In this document: positions 24,124 to 38,744 of the stretch, piece by piece
Layout of the letters: the number at the start of each line of letters is the position of its first letter
Position numbering within the stretch: the stretch's first letter is position 1
Assembly: GCA_951406725.2 (NCBI GenBank)
Contig: OX597814.1
Location: 86,428,001-86,492,000 of the forward strand
Direction: 5' to 3'
DNA length: 64,000 bases
Origin: Octopus vulgaris
Taxonomy: Eukaryota
Notes under the pieces: generated by a model
Database searches by the model: none
What the model was told of the DNA's origin: nothing
Seen by the model: the letters and a program-made list of their open reading frames with translations, nothing else
Made by a program: the position numbers and the translations under genes

Positions 24124-24836
24124 TTTCTAATAAAAATATTCTGATTTATGTTTCAATTTTCAAAAAAATAAAAGCTTTTGGGAAGTTTAGTGAAATACCT
24201 ATGCTCCAACTTGATAAAAGATGTTTATCTTAACACTAACTTTTTAACGTTTAATCCAGCCATATCCACCGGAATATTCTACCTGTTCTATGTTAAAACT
24301 GACTATATCCAACCTCCCATACCTACACTACAATGTCATTCAAAAACTTTACAAACACACCGCTGATATCTTGAAGCTACAAAATAATGGGTGATGAATT
24401 CAAAACAATGTAAATATACAAGCAATACATTTGACAAAGAAATTTGAATGCTAAAAGGTTAATAGAGAGCATTTGGGACAAGCTGGAGTCAAATTGATTA
24501 ACTAAGATATATGTCTCTGGAAAGATGCAGTTGGTTAAGTTGGTAATATATCTGACTATTAACAAAAGGGCTAACAGACAGTATCCTAAAACCAGTCCTC
24601 AATTATTAGCCAAAGTTCACTCCATCAGTGTCCAGATTGTCAGTGTCAAGAGGTACATCACATAATTTGATTTTGGCTTGCTTTAATGAGTTCCAATCCT
24701 TACTGGAATGTTGACTAAAGTGGGATAGTAGTTTGAACCTCACTTGCACAAAATTCATTTAATGAAAAATTATCTTTAAAAAGTGATTTCTGTATTAGAC
24801 ACCATAGCATCATAATAGTTAAATTTGCATTCTTAC

Positions 24837-24905
24837 TTGGATCCATGCCTTCGCCATCATCAAGAAAACACATCATAAAGCCACCTCGAAGACTTTCATC
24901 TTCCA
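24837..24905 (-). CDS. MORC2: MORC2 exon 4 (LEDESLRGGFMMCFLDDGEGMDP; GHKL DxGxG motif)
   Basis: cag|...|gtaaga; 69 nt; overlaps ORF 24715..24906. Confidence 0.95.
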
Positions 24906-25349
24906 CTGAAAATGAACAAAAGATTTTAAGTAAATGCAGATGACAAAAATATAAATTTTAGCAACTGAAAAGAACACTTTCATTTTTCCAAGAATGGGAT
25001 CTACCCGAAATATCAACATACGCTTCTCTTCACAAATTTATTTCTCTTGTTTTTTTCTTTTTTTTAAACAAAATAACATCATAACTCGTTTCGTTACACT
25101 AGGTTTTATGTTTACTTGAAAGTGCTCGCAAGATCAAGGGTATACAACTGCTTAATAGATTGCTACAAAAATATTTTTATATTATCTGACAGCATAAAAT
25201 TCTACATAAATTATTTCACAAGTACACAAGGGTTTCATTTTTATAAAACTAGTGTTACTTGTCATATGACAGATTTTATATATATATATATAGATAACTA
25301 TGGAACTACTTTTTTTTTTCCATCACCATGGGTAATATCAGGAGATACA

Positions 25350-25392
<43 letters not shown>

Positions 25393-25711
25393 AATTATAA
25401 TTTAACTTTCATCAGATTCCTTGGTGCTGATACAAAAAAGCAATGAAACAAGTACTAATTTTCAAAAGAAAAAAATATTACCTTAAAAAAATTAGATAAA
25501 ACAAATCTCTCATTTTTATATTTGTAATATAGATTTATTGGTTTTCTAAATTTTATCAGCATAATCACAGTTTGTCCCATCAAAAACCTATTTCTACAAA
25601 ATTTAATTTTAAAAAATATACATTTTTCAGAAAGTTATAAGAATCAAAATACATGGCAGGGAACCAGATTGAAGTTATGCCTGCCTCTCTCTCTTTCTCT
25701 CTCAATATATA

Positions 25712-25922
25712 AGGTGAACTGGCAGAATCATTAGCCTGCCAGGAAAAATATTTAGTGACATTTCATCTGTCTTTACATTCTCAGTTCAAATTCCGCTGAA
25801 GTCGTCGTCTTTGCTTTTCATTTGGGGTCAATAAAGTAAGTACCAGTTGAGCACTGGGTCAATGTAACTGACTTACCTACTACCCCAAAATTGCTAACCT
25901 TGAGCCAAAATTTGAAATCAAT
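25712..25922 (+). mobile_element. tRNA-derived SINE with Meta-like central domain (copies ~16952-17165, 35935-36155, 50913-51125)
   Basis: TGGCAGAATCATTAG head, GTTCAAATTCC B-box, core TTTGCCTTTCATCCTTT.GGGTCGATAAAATAAGTACCAG. Confidence 0.7.
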
Positions 25923-26315
25923 ATATATATATATATATGTGCACTCTGCAATATTCTAATACTCTTCTCTTTGCTGGGTGTAGTAGTACTTGCCTAAGTG
26001 TCAAAGTTAAAACATTTATCATAATATTGATCACTTTGACCAGAATCAAAAACAATATTTATTATACAGGTAAAATAAAGGTACCTGAATTAACTTCAGT
26101 ATAAAATTGGTACTCATTTTATCAAACCTTAGAGATTGTTGACAAATTGGAGTATTTAGACTTAGAATGTAAAAAAGTGCAACAAAATAATGCAAAATAT
26201 TTTTAATGTTGAGCACTCTACTGATTCTACCAAATTACCAACTTGAATTGATTGAATATTTAAATCCATGGATTTTGTTAAATCAGTATTGTTAAAAAGA
26301 AATAAAGTTACTTAC

Positions 26316-26350
26316 ATGTATAGATGTTCATTTTTGTGGCAGAGGCATCT
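26316..26350 (-). CDS. MORC2: MORC2 exon 3 (DASATKMNIYT)
   Basis: ttttcag|...|gtaagt; 35 nt; phase-compatible with exons 2 and 4; homologous to DADATRIDIYA. Confidence 0.9.
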
Positions 26351-26849
26351 CTGAAAAAAAGAAAACATATTCAACAGAGTGAAAAATTAAATAAATTGTA
26401 AGCATGCGTGCACGCATACACACATGCAATCTTTTACTTGAGTTTTACAGGTTGTAAAGGGCTGTTGCATGGTGGAGAAGAAAATTATAGAGAAGAAATT
26501 TATTTTAAGCCCCTACTTTCTCCTGCAGCCAGCAACCTATTCTTCTGGACAGAGCAAAAATACTGCAGCATATCTTAACATAAATATAGTTAGCATCTGA
26601 CTCAATATCCTCTAAAACAGTGCCATACACAATGTCTACAAGTTCATATTAGAGTTTTAAAAAAAAGTCTTTCTTCAGTTCTGATATACTCCCTTTGTGT
26701 TTATTTAGATCTTCTTCATCTGAGCTCAGTCGTTGCATGAATTCATGTTGAAGCACCTTATTAGGAGCAATAGGGAGAGATAGATGCTTCTATATAGTTT
26801 TTCAGTCTGTTTCCTATTTTCATATTAACTTTAAAAAAAATTTTAATGT

Positions 26850-27700
26850 AATTATTATCAGGTCATTAAGAATGAAATGCCCAATTTTAAACTGAAAGTT
26901 TATTTTATTTTATCTCAACAAAAAGCAATGCAGTTAATTAAAGTATGCACCTAAATTATCAACACAATTTTGCCATTTTATTGGTAGTTTATTTATGCCG
27001 GCAGCAAAGAATTCTGGAGAACAAGAGGTGATGAAATCCTGAACGGCTGTTTTTGTATCTTCTTCAGATTTGAGATTTTTCCCTTGCAAAAGGTTGTCTA
27101 ATACCTGGAAAACATGATAGTCAGTTGGTACAAGGTCTGGTGAATATGGAGGATGACAGAGTACTTCCAAGTTCAATTCCTGTAACTTGAGTAGTATTCT
27201 TTGTGCAACATATGATCGAGCATTGTCTTGCAAGAGAATTGGCCTGTCTCTATTGACCAATCTTGATTGTTTAATTGCAAGTTCACTCATCATTTCATGC
27301 AATTGGCTGATGTATATATACATCTGCTGTAATTGACTTAACAGGTCTCATGAAGCCGTAGTGGATGACACCAGCACTGGACCACCAAACAGACACCATT
27401 AGCTTTTTTTTTGGTGAATATCTCTATCCTCCATGCAGAACGCTTCCTATTGTTGAAGAGAATCTATTTTTCAACACACATAACAATATGATGCACAAAT
27501 GGTTTGTTTTTTTGCCATGACAGCAAAGAACAGCAAGTTTCAAGACAATGTGTCATTTGATACTCGTTCAGTTCATGTGGTACTCACTTGTCCAGCTTCT
27601 TTACCTTGACAATTTGTTTCAGATGGTCCAATACAGTTGGAACTGAACCATCAAACCTTGCTGCTAACCAATCCATACTCCATTGTGATTTCTTAAAGTG
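26850..27700 (-). mobile_element. Mariner (SETMAR-like) transposase relic
   Basis: ORF 26934..27323: ILLQDNARSY...HPPYSPDLVPTDYHVF...GINKLPIKWQNCVDNLGAYFN; upstream frameshifted HLKQIVKVKKLDK. Confidence 0.88.
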
Positions 27701-29447
27701 ATGCCAAATTCTCTCTCGTAACCAACATCTTTCTTCATTTCTATAACAACATTTTTTCACGCAAGTGGTAGTATTGATGATAATGATCGTCATCATCATT
27801 GTCATCATACATCCATTTTCTATGCTGCATGGGTTGGATGGTTTGGCAGATGATTGCAAACCAGAGGACTGCGCCAAGCACTATTGTCTGCTTTGGCATG
27901 GTTTCTACAGCTAGATACCCTTCCTATTGCCAATCACTTTACAAAATGTACTGGCTACTTTTAACATGGCACCAGCACTGGTGAGGTTGCCAAGTAATTT
28001 GCAAGACAAAGATCCCTTAACTAAGATGAACAATATTTTTATTTAAAAAATATAAATTGAACATGAATTTTCATAAAATGTTAAAATGTTCCACTAAACA
28101 ATTCCACGAGTTCTGTCCTCTAATAAAATTAACAAATCTTGAGGACACTACAAATTTTAGAGAGCACATGTTTGTTTAGTTGTGCAGAGACCTTATCATC
28201 TTCTTTAGATTTAACAACTTCTTCTTACAGCTGTTTCAATCTTTAAGAAATATTGTTTTTGTGCACATTTGGTTCAACATGAACGAACGGAAATAATTCA
28301 ACACAAGTAAGGTTTTCATGCTCCCACACTGAAATGCAAAAGATTTACATGAGAAGTGAAGGCTAGCAAACTTTTGCTGCCTTAAATTTAAGCCCCATCA
28401 TATTTCTATTCATTCGTTGACATGGTTTATACACTGAGAATTTAATGGAAAAGATTTTGTTATAATTTTTGTCACCACTGAGTTTCATTTTTAAATTCAT
28501 CATTATCATCATTGTTTTGAAGCCCATTTTTCCATACTTACATAAAAAAGTAGGCGTCAGATGAGACTTCACAGTAAAAGAATTTTCCATAAGCAGACGC
28601 CTTCCTCTTACTAACCTTCACCTGTGTACACACGCCCAAATCTATCAAACAAAAGCCTAGAAATGCTTTCATAGTGAACAGCAGACAAACAACATTCTTT
28701 GTATTAATAGTGATGCTTTGTTTACAATCAGCAAGCACATGCCAGGACACATTAAGAAACCAGGACATGCTTTCAAGGACTGCTGACAAAAGACAGAATT
28801 TGTGTGAACAGAGATACTTTGTTTAAAATAAGTGCTCACATGACATGATGACTAGTCACACGCATGCACACACACACACACAAACAAACAAACATACATA
28901 TACATGTGTATTTACATGTCTTTTATCTTTTACTTGCTTCGGTCACTGAACACTGGCTATGCTGGGGCACCACTTTGAAGGGTTTTAGTTGCACAAATCG
29001 ACATTAGTCTCTTCTTGAGCCTGATACTTATTGTATTGGTCTCTTTTGCCAACCACTAGGTTATGGGAATGTAAACAAATCAACACTAGTAGTTAAACAG
29101 TGGAGGGGGCAAACAAACACAAAGACACACACACATAGATACACATATGACAGGCTTCTTTCAGTTTCCATCTACCAAATTCACTCACAAAGCTTTGGTT
29201 GGCTCAAGGCTATAATAGAAGACACTAGCCCAAGGTGTTACACTGTGGGACTGAACCTGGAACCATGTGGTTGGGAAATATATATACATATGCATATATG
29301 TGGTACTCATCTATACTAACATTTAGCAAACTATTGAATGTATGCATGGAATGTACATACATGTAGGCACATTTTTTAACCTATATACATGTTACTGATT
29401 TTGAATGTAAGCATGAAGTATCAGTCATGGTTAATGTCAAGACTGAC

Positions 29448-29505
29448 TGTGTTATTGTGTAGCTGTAATATTGTGGTGTGTTATTGTGTAGCTGTAATAT
29501 TGTGG
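29448..29505. repeat. Exact 29-bp tandem duplication
   Basis: TGTGTTATTGTGTAGCTGTAATATTGTGG x2. Confidence 0.9.
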
Positions 29506-32446
29506 AAGTGAAACAAGATGCTGTCCAACAACTTGATAGATTGTGATATATTGACAATATAAGATAACGTTGTCACTGGTATAATTCATACAAGTTGAAT
29601 TAAGTTCAAAAGACTTTTAAAGATGGTAAAATTCAGTGATGTAACAGGGTTGCCAATAAGAAAATTCAATCGTTCCTTTTCTCAATTGAAGGATAATATA
29701 GCTTCTAGTATATATGACTTGTTGCTTGCTAGGGATGATTGTGGCAGCTGCCAGTCCTAAGCTAGGCTGCTTTATTTCTCTATTCATTTCTGCTAACATT
29801 TTTCTTTTCAACTACTAGACATGAACAAGTCAAAAATCTTTGGGGTAATTTTCTCCAATCCCCTGTGCCAGTAACTTTGCTTACATTATCAAGTTAGTTA
29901 CATATAACGTGACATCAAACCAAGGCAAGTCTGAAAATTTTGTTTGCACAATTAGTGAAGCATGATGCAATAATCATCTGCTTGGATAGGTCTTATTTTT
30001 TTCTTTTCTGTCTGAATGCACAATTAGAGTACTCTATACAAAGTAGTGCATAAAAATCATCATCATCATTTAATGTCTGTTGTCCATGCTGGCATGGGTT
30101 GGACAGTTTGACGAAGCTGAGGAGCTACACCAGACTCCAGTCTGATTTGGCATGGTTTTTACAGCTGGATGCTCTTCCTAACACCAACCACTCCAAGAGT
30201 GTAAGGGTGTTTTTTGCATGCCAGTTGCATGACAACAGTATCTACCACAACTACAATTTCACTTAGCTTGATGGGTCTTCTACTCGAGCACGGCATTTTG
30301 CCAAAGGTCTCAGTCATCATTATCATCATCGTTTAATGTCCGCTTTCCATGCTAGCATGGGTTGGACGGTCATTTATCATTACCTCTATGAGGCCCAACA
30401 CTCGAAAGGTGATATTAGAAAAAACACGTGTAAACTAACTGTTCGTAAACAAACCGAATTTCATGGGAAAGTACATTCCCTGATTTACAAGCACTTTTCT
30501 CCATTTATCAGTGTTGCCTTATTTTGCTCACACACACACACACATTGCTAAAGGCATGAAAGAGTCAAGTGATAGTGCTAGGTGAAAGATTGTCTTCCAT
30601 CCAAAAACAAACGGTCTGCTACACCATTTATACTCAGTAAATTTTACAAGGATTTGGTCAAATTGCAGCTATAGAAGATATTTGACCAAAGTACAATGAA
30701 CCAAAACATACATTAAAATCTAATCATATATTCAAACCAATAAAATAATTGCACATAGTGATATACAATGCAACTAACTCTATTGGTATTTAGTACTTGA
30801 TTCTTTTTTTTTTTTCTTTCTAGGATGATGATGTAAAGCCTACAACCATTTAGGAACCCATTCAATTCAGGAAAATGAATAACCAGGTGAAGAATGTTGA
30901 GTGTTATTTTGATTAATTAGAATAAAATGTGAGCATAGAGGAAGTTGAAAAGGTATTCAACATAAGATAATAACTGATATAATTGTTAAGTAAAAGGTGG
31001 AGGGGTGTAAGACATGGTACACTTTAGAGTGAAGGATCTTGGACATTTGGACACATAAGAGATGCAGCAATATCAGAGGAAAGTTGAAAGGGAAAATAGT
31101 TTTTGCGTGTGAAAGGTACACAGGTACAATTAACACTAAAAATGTACATAAAATAGACACCATCAAATGCCAGGAAATTCATTTCAAGTAAATTTTTGTT
31201 GACATAGAGTCAAGATTTGAGCCAATAACTACTAATATCTTTTCACCTAAGTTTGTAATATAAAATAATGTATTAAGGACTGGTAAATGTAGAAAAGTAC
31301 CCAACAGCTGTTACTTATTTGGTTATATATATAATATATCCCCGACCATCACACTACTTTATATTAATTCTTACCATCAACAAAAGTGAGAATTGATATA
31401 GAATAGGAGTGAGAATATAGACCAGTTAATACTTGTAATAAATGGATTCTGTTAACTAGGATATATATATCATAATCATTTAACATTTGCCTTCCATACT
31501 AATATGGGTTGGACTACTTTCATAGGTGGGAGTCAATCAGAGAGTAGTGAAGTACAATACTCAGGCTGTTCACTTGTTAACAATTAAAGCTTCATCACAT
31601 GAAGTCAAGTAATTGATAATTGTGTGGGCAGTGAATACAGCCTTTGTACTGGTCAAATATGTCCCAAACATAATTGAAATGATCTAAATGTTTGTTTATT
31701 CATAACATTGCTTCTGTATGCCCACTACAATATTTTGTTTAACTGAAGCCAGCATCACACATGGGCAGATCATGTTTTGATAAAGAAACAAATGTTCCCA
31801 AATGCATTTCAAGGTTTTTATTCTTTTGCAATACACACTGGTGATGATTGCCAAGAAGCAAGAAATGTATTCACTGTCCTGCCAAGAGTGAGCACCTTGA
31901 AATGACTATTGTATTTTTCAACACTTGTTCCCTAAAACTGAAAAGGCTCTCCATGGCAAACTTAGCAGTGAATAAGACCTTTGTACAGATCAAATATATC
32001 CCAAACATATTTGAACTTACATGTTTGTCTAAATATTTATTGCTTTCATTATATTTTATTACATAGTGTTAATTACAAAGGAGGTAGGAATCAATACAGA
32101 GAATAGGAAGAGATACACAGTAACTAGACAGTAGTTTAGTATTTAGTAGACATATCTTCTCAGGAATATAATCAGGAAAGTAGAAATCAAGAAGTTCAAC
32201 TAATTACAAACTAATAATGTTATTCAAATAAGATAAATATGACTAACCCAGTAAATTACCATAGATAAAAAATGTCATCAATGGATGTGATATAAGTATA
32301 ATGTAATCTGAAAATACCAAATAAATTAAGGGAATGTAAAGTAGGAAAGTAATCAAAAGAAACAAATGAAACAAGAAGAAAGACGAGAGTTATGCAGGTG
32401 ACTAACTGTAGCAATTTTACAATTTGAGGACTTAATTAGAGGTACC

Positions 32447-32838
32447 TCTTTATATATAAAAGTGAAGTTGTGTGTCTGTCTCCTACGATTTAGATTCCTA
32501 ACTACTCCCACATTTTGCGGTGCAGTGTAACCAAAAGCGGGTATCTTATAGTCGTGATTCATATCGAGCCCTTCTGGGTATTAGCGTGCGTCTACGATGA
32601 GTCTACGATTTTTAAAAAATTTAATATCATTTTTTCCCATTTTTAATGCATTTTTGCTATTATATAAGGGAAGTAACTCTCTAAAAATGTATTATTAAAT
32701 CTCAGAACGTAAAAAGCTACAGTAACACCCCACTTTGTGGTTAGCCATATTGAGATGGCTATTATACTTTACATCTCTAAAAATGCTTATATAGTTATTT
32801 CCCTTACAAACCCGAGCAACGCCGGGCGATACTGCTAG
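32447..32838 (+). mobile_element. Non-autonomous Helitron, same family as 23611-24123
   Basis: Shares the 5' ~200 nt and the 3' ...ACAAACCCGAGCAACGCCGGGCGATACTGCTAG|T end; the middle segment differs. Confidence 0.85.
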
Positions 32839-33521
32839 TTAGTGAATAAATATTACAAAAGGAAATATTTAAGACTTAGCAAAATAGACTTCAAACAAAA
32901 AGTTTACCAGTAGATAAAACCAAGACTAAAGGTCATACAAAGGTCCAACAAAATCAAAATAAGCCACCAAGAAAAGGAAGGTGGAGACTTAATGATAGTT
33001 GTTAGGGCAAATAATGCACAGTGACAAACTAGCAAATTGATATCATCATTGTTTTATCAGCTACTTTTCCATGCTCGCATGGATTGGATGGAATTTGTTG
33101 AGGCAGATTTTATACAACCAGATACCCATCCTGTCAATAATCTTCACCTGTTACCAAGTAAGGTAATATTTTCCCACGACCAGCCATGTAATCATGGAAG
33201 ATTGGAAATCAAAGGACATCACATGTATGATGGAGACACTCATTTACAGCCATCATGCAATGTCAAGGCAGGGAGACAGTACAACGCACACACATATGAA
33301 CATACATATACAATGGGATCTTTTCAGTTTCTGTCAACCAATCCACACACAGGGCTTTTGTCAACCTAGGGCTATAGTAGAAGACAATTGCCCAAGGTGC
33401 CTTGCTTGAGATAACATAGAAAAAGAAATTGAGATGCATCAAATGTATTAGAATAGCAGATATACACATATGACCTTTATTTTTGAGGGAAAAAAAACAA
33501 TAAAAATTAAAATATAAAAAC

Positions 33522-33575
33522 CTTGAATTGTCCACCAGTTCAGCCAAAGCACCAAACAGGAATTCATGAGTTGTT
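33522..33575 (-). CDS. MORC2: MORC2 exon 2 (TTHEFLFGALAELVDNSR; GHKL motif I)
   Basis: tttcag|A ACA ACT CAT...TCA AG|gttttt; 54 nt; near-identical to MORC2 TTHEFLFGALAELVDNAR. Confidence 0.95.
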
Positions 33576-34348
33576 CTGAAATCAAAAAAAAAAATATATA
33601 TATATATAAATAAAAATAAAACCAAAAGAAATGGTATTTGTTTTCTACTTGTAAAGATATCTCAATATAACAAGCCTTGAACCAGGGGTATGAAAAAAGA
33701 TAAAATGCAAAAATCTATCATTGGACAATATTTCAAGACCCTTTCCGCTTATATTTGTACTCAGCTCTTTATTTTCAGATCAAAAATTAAACATGATACA
33801 CGACTGACTATATGGTCATGTGTCAAACCTATCTACATCAATAGAGTTATGACTCTGTACAACAGGCATTCACACCCAAGCTGTCAACAACACCAACATG
33901 TTAACATCCACTTTGCCATTCTCACATAGGTGAGACAGAATTTGTTGAGGCAAATTTTCTTTAGTTAGATGTCCTTCCTGTTGCCAACCCTCACCTATTT
34001 CCAAATCAGGTAATATTTCCCCATGACCAGACATGTTTTCATGGAAGATTGGAAATAAAGGACACTACTTGCATGACAGTGACTCTCATTTACAACTATC
34101 ACATGATGTCAAGGCAAGGAGATAGTAATGTGTGCACGTGTGCACGCACAAACACACACACACACACACACACACACAGAGGCTTTTTTCAGTTTCTGTC
34201 TACTAAATCTACTCTTAAAGTTTTGGTTGGCCTGGGTCCAGAGTAGAAGACACTTGCCTAAGGTACCATACAGGGAGTGTGAACTCAGAACCATGTGGTT
34301 GGGAAACAACCTTCTTACTACACAGCCAAACTTGCTTGTAAAAGATAT

Positions 34349-34574
34349 TTAACCCTTTAGCATTCTGATTACTCTGTCAAATGTAATGCTGAATTATTCA
34401 TATTGATATGAATTAATCATGCATTATCTTGTAGCTTTGAGATTTTGATAATGTTACTGTTTAGTTTTAGAATAACATTGTAGGTAGGTGTGGGAGGCTG
34501 ATCTTGCTGCTTTGAACATAGAACAGCTAGAATATTTTGGCTGGATATGGCTGGTTTAAATGCTGAAGGATTAA
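34349..34574. mobile_element. piggyBac-like MITE family 1 (other copies ~10880-11153, 15971-16196, 41065-41287, 42966-43150, 47569-47787)
   Basis: TTAA-flanked TIRs CCCTTTAGCATT...AATGCTAAAGGG; shared ~220 bp internal sequence across copies. Confidence 0.75.
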
Positions 34575-37500
34575 ATAAAGAACCCAAAGATATTATCGGT
34601 AACTAGAATAGCAATGGTAATTTGATAAAGGTGTGCTCTCTTTCAGATTTTGTATCCTTTCACCATCACCACACTGCAGCTTCAATAAGGGACTGAATTC
34701 CATTGCTGACTAATTCACTTACCTGATAACAGAGCAAGAGTGCCACAGTAGAGGCTATGAATGTACATTGAAACCCTTTCACATGCAGCTAGCAGCAAAG
34801 TAGTTTAAGAGGACAGTAGCAGCAATAGTTTTAGTAATGGTGATGGTGCTGGTGCCAGTATCTACTATTAGTAGTACTTTGCTGTTCTCCAGACAAAGCA
34901 CTAAAATTCTCCCTTCTTTTACAGAAAGAGAGAACAGTTCAGTAGTAGAACAAGAAATTGATGTGTAATTAGATGATTTACAATGTGCGCTGTCTATATG
35001 TATTGTAAATGTGAAAAATAAATATTGTGTATGTGTTTTGATGATGTACAATGTTTTCCAAATTCTTTCTTTTCTTTTTTACTAACTAATCTGAAATTAA
35101 TTCAAAAGAATGCAAATAAATAATCTGAATGCTAAAGGGTTAAACAAAGTGCTGATGGACTCTCCCATTGAAGACTATGTATGAGTGTTCAACTTTTGCT
35201 GAATGACCTGCACAAATGATTTGTTTATAGTGATCAAATGTTTGTGTCATACATCAGCTCACTCCCTCCATCAAATTCACATTGTCTGAACAGGTGCACA
35301 ATGTACCACATATCAGGTGTTGAAATGATCACAGAGCAATGTGAGATGAAGTATTTTGCTGAAAAATACAATGCACCCCACCCAGAATAGGAACTGAAGT
35401 CACGATCCTGCAATCATGAGTGCAACACCTTAAACATTAGACCATGTGCCCTCATTAAACAAAGTAAGAAAGAGCAAAATAGAGTGAGATGTCTTATCCC
35501 AGGATAAAGTACAAATCTTCTAACAATATCTGAAATTCAATACATAAACCTCTTAGCCACCAAAGCACTTGTATTACCTACATTAATAAAATTCAGAAAC
35601 ACTAACCATTTGACTTTTGCCAATTTCTCATCAAACAATTATGCAAGTACAATAATAAGTAAAAGAAATAAAAATGTAATTAAATGTAAGTATCTATTTA
35701 TACTTGGCTGTAATTCAATAAGTTGCAAATCATTAAATAAACCTGAATCACTTCTTTATCCATATTACAGCTATGGACATACACTGAGAAATAATAATAA
35801 TTAAAAATAACCTATCTTACTGAAACCAGTAAAGTATTTTTTTCAGGCCAATAACAATTTTTAGCACTGGCAGAAAGCCACAGATTTTTGAAGAGTAGTT
35901 TAGTGGATACCGCTATTATTAGGTATGAAGAAATAGGTGGTAAGCAGACAGAATCATTAGCATGATGGAGAAAAGGCTTGGCAGCACTTCATCTGTCTTT
36001 ATGTTCTGAGTTCAAATTCCACCAAGGTTGAGTTTGCTTTTCATCTTTCAGGGTCGATAAAATAAGCACCAGTTGAGCACTGGGGTTGATGTAATTGACT
36101 AGCCCTCCCTCTCTCCCAAAATTTCAGACCTTATACCTAAAGACAAAACGATTATTAGGTATGAAAGACAAAGTGGACCCTGTTGTGATGACGAAAATTC
36201 CTGATAGCCTTTAATCAATTTAAAAAAGGCATATATTGTCAGCAGCTGGAGTGGTGGAAAATAATGTGACATAACTATTTTTATAGATAAGTATCTTTTA
36301 TCATATTCCATCCTTTTAATATATTGTTACCACATATGTAAATAAATTGCCTACATCATACAATCCTTATCTCTGTTCATCAAGTCTACATTTAAAATAA
36401 TTAACCTATTATTTTTTCATTCTAAACACAATTAGGCACTTTAATGTTCAAGTTCACAATTATTTATATTAAAAGCAGCATTCACTCTCTTGTATCTTTA
36501 GAGTACATGCTGTACCTCATCACCACAATGTTCTTCTCTCCTTTTCCAGCTAGGGTAGCCATGTATCTCCATAACAGCAAGACAACTTTTTCTACCTCCA
36601 ACAACACTACATACAGCACACTTCAATCAAGTGGCCTTGTCTTGCAAGTTACTAAATGACCTCAATAGTGCCAGTAACACAAAAAAGCACCCACTCAGTA
36701 TATTCTGTAAAGTGGTTAGTGTTGGGAAGGGCATCCAGCCATAGAAACCATGCCAAAACAGACAATGGAGCTTAATACAGTCCTCTGACCTGTTGGATCC
36801 ATCAAACCATCGAACCCATGCCAGCATGGACTAAGGATGCTAAAATAATGATGATATTATGCAGCCAATCAAAAAATTATTATGACTTATTAAAGACAGA
36901 ATTTACAGATTTAAATGGTTAACTGATTTACAAATTTTTGTTGATGTATGAAATAAAGCATATTCAAGATTCTCCACAGTAAAGTTAGGTTACTGAATGA
37001 AGATGTCATCATCATGTTCATTGTTAACATTTTGATGTATGCGTTTCTCTGCTGGCCACAGGGATCTAGATCTCTTTTAGAAATTGCATCTTCCCTACCA
37101 ATTATGAATCCAACAAGAGAGTAATTTGGAGTAGGCTCCACAAATTCTACAGGTTTCATCAGTGATTCCAATTTTGAATTACATACATGACAAACTGTCC
37201 CAGGTTTAAAACATTAGGTAATGTTGATCCAATAGAAAGCTCCCTAGAAAATGTGAACAGCCTTTCTTGGAAGTGTAGCAGTACAGAACAATGTATATTT
37301 GTAACTGCAAATAGCAATGATTGTATAGCATGTAGAGTATCCAACAGCTTCTCATTATAAAATGCTTAATTTCTTTTTACTTTCAAGGGCTAACTTTGTA
37401 TAGTTCCAAATAATTTCATTATATCTTGTGAGTATATATGCAGGTCATACAGCTTGTTTCAACTTGGTAGCTATAAAGGTGTTCCTCTCCTATCTAAATG

Positions 37501-38531
37501 AATAAACAATGGTATTCCAAAAATAAAGAGATGAGATAGGCATCTTCTTACAGAAATACTTATAGCATGAATTGACAAATAGAAAATTTGTTGACTATAG
37601 GAAGTATGCATTTCAATTATGAAACTGGAGAAGCAATGTTTCTTGTGGGGTGGGGATATAGAGGATTGAAAAAAGGGTCTGATGTATTATTGTTTAATAA
37701 AATTAGGAGAGTTTCAAACTTTTTAAACTTATCCAATAGCAAGAAGAAAGAAGATTATATGAATGCAAACTCAATTTTGTCTTCTTAATAAAAAGGACAA
37801 AAAACACAAATTCCATACCACTATTTAGAGTCTATAGAGACAAGTGTTCAAATGGACAGATAGTTTTTTCAATGTGATAAGAAAGTTTTTCAGACGTCAG
37901 AAACTTGAAAATATGCCACAGATCTACCATCTTAGGACAATGTCAAAGAAATAGTTTCAACAGTTAGATCTGTTCCAATAATTAAAGGTCAAGTAATTGT
38001 CATTAGCAGCTGTTCATTTAATTTTTTTTTTTAATAGAATTCATACATCCTATATTCCTCAAATAGAGGGAAACTTGCACTGATTGACAGCTTTTATTTT
38101 AATAACTAGAAAACCTATTGGCACAGTATACAAATAAAGGTCAAGCAGCATCCACTTTACTTACTATTTTGAGGTCAAAGGCATCCTGGATCAAGACCTA
38201 ATTCCCTGTGTGAAAGTAATTAACCACATAGGTTAATAGAAGTTAGACTATATTTACATTTACTTTTTGATTATATCCAGCAACTTTAAAAACAATGCAC
38301 TAAATCAGTATGGTTTGGTTACAACCGATTTGCAATTTAGAGTGATATGTTCTAAAGTTAGTCAAATTTAGTTGAGTAAGAACATCATCTTCATTCATCA
38401 TCACTATCATTTACCATCCATGTTATGAGCTGAAAGTTCTGATATGTGATAACACTAATCTCTTTATGTAATTTAGAAAAAAAGGTGTACTATACCAGCA
38501 TTTAGTTGCAGAAGAGTAGTAAGTCTTACAT

Positions 38532-38744
38532 TTATATAAATTTAATAGTTAAAGATATCTTAGTAATACAGAACCCATTACTTTGTGTTGTTAGCATGGA
38601 AACAATATCTATTTTAAGATATGCTTTCAAGTTGAGTTGATTAGCCAATTTTTGACAAATGAAATCTTCAGTTGAGCCAGAATTTATGAGAGTGTAAAAC
38701 ACTGTGGCATTAATTTTCATTGTATTATAGGTGTAAGAGATCAA
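38532..38744 (-). mobile_element. Possible LTR-retrotransposon aspartic protease relic
   Basis: TLINSGSTEDFICQKLANQLNLK resembles retropepsin ALIDSGSTxxFI with the catalytic D replaced by N. Confidence 0.45.
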
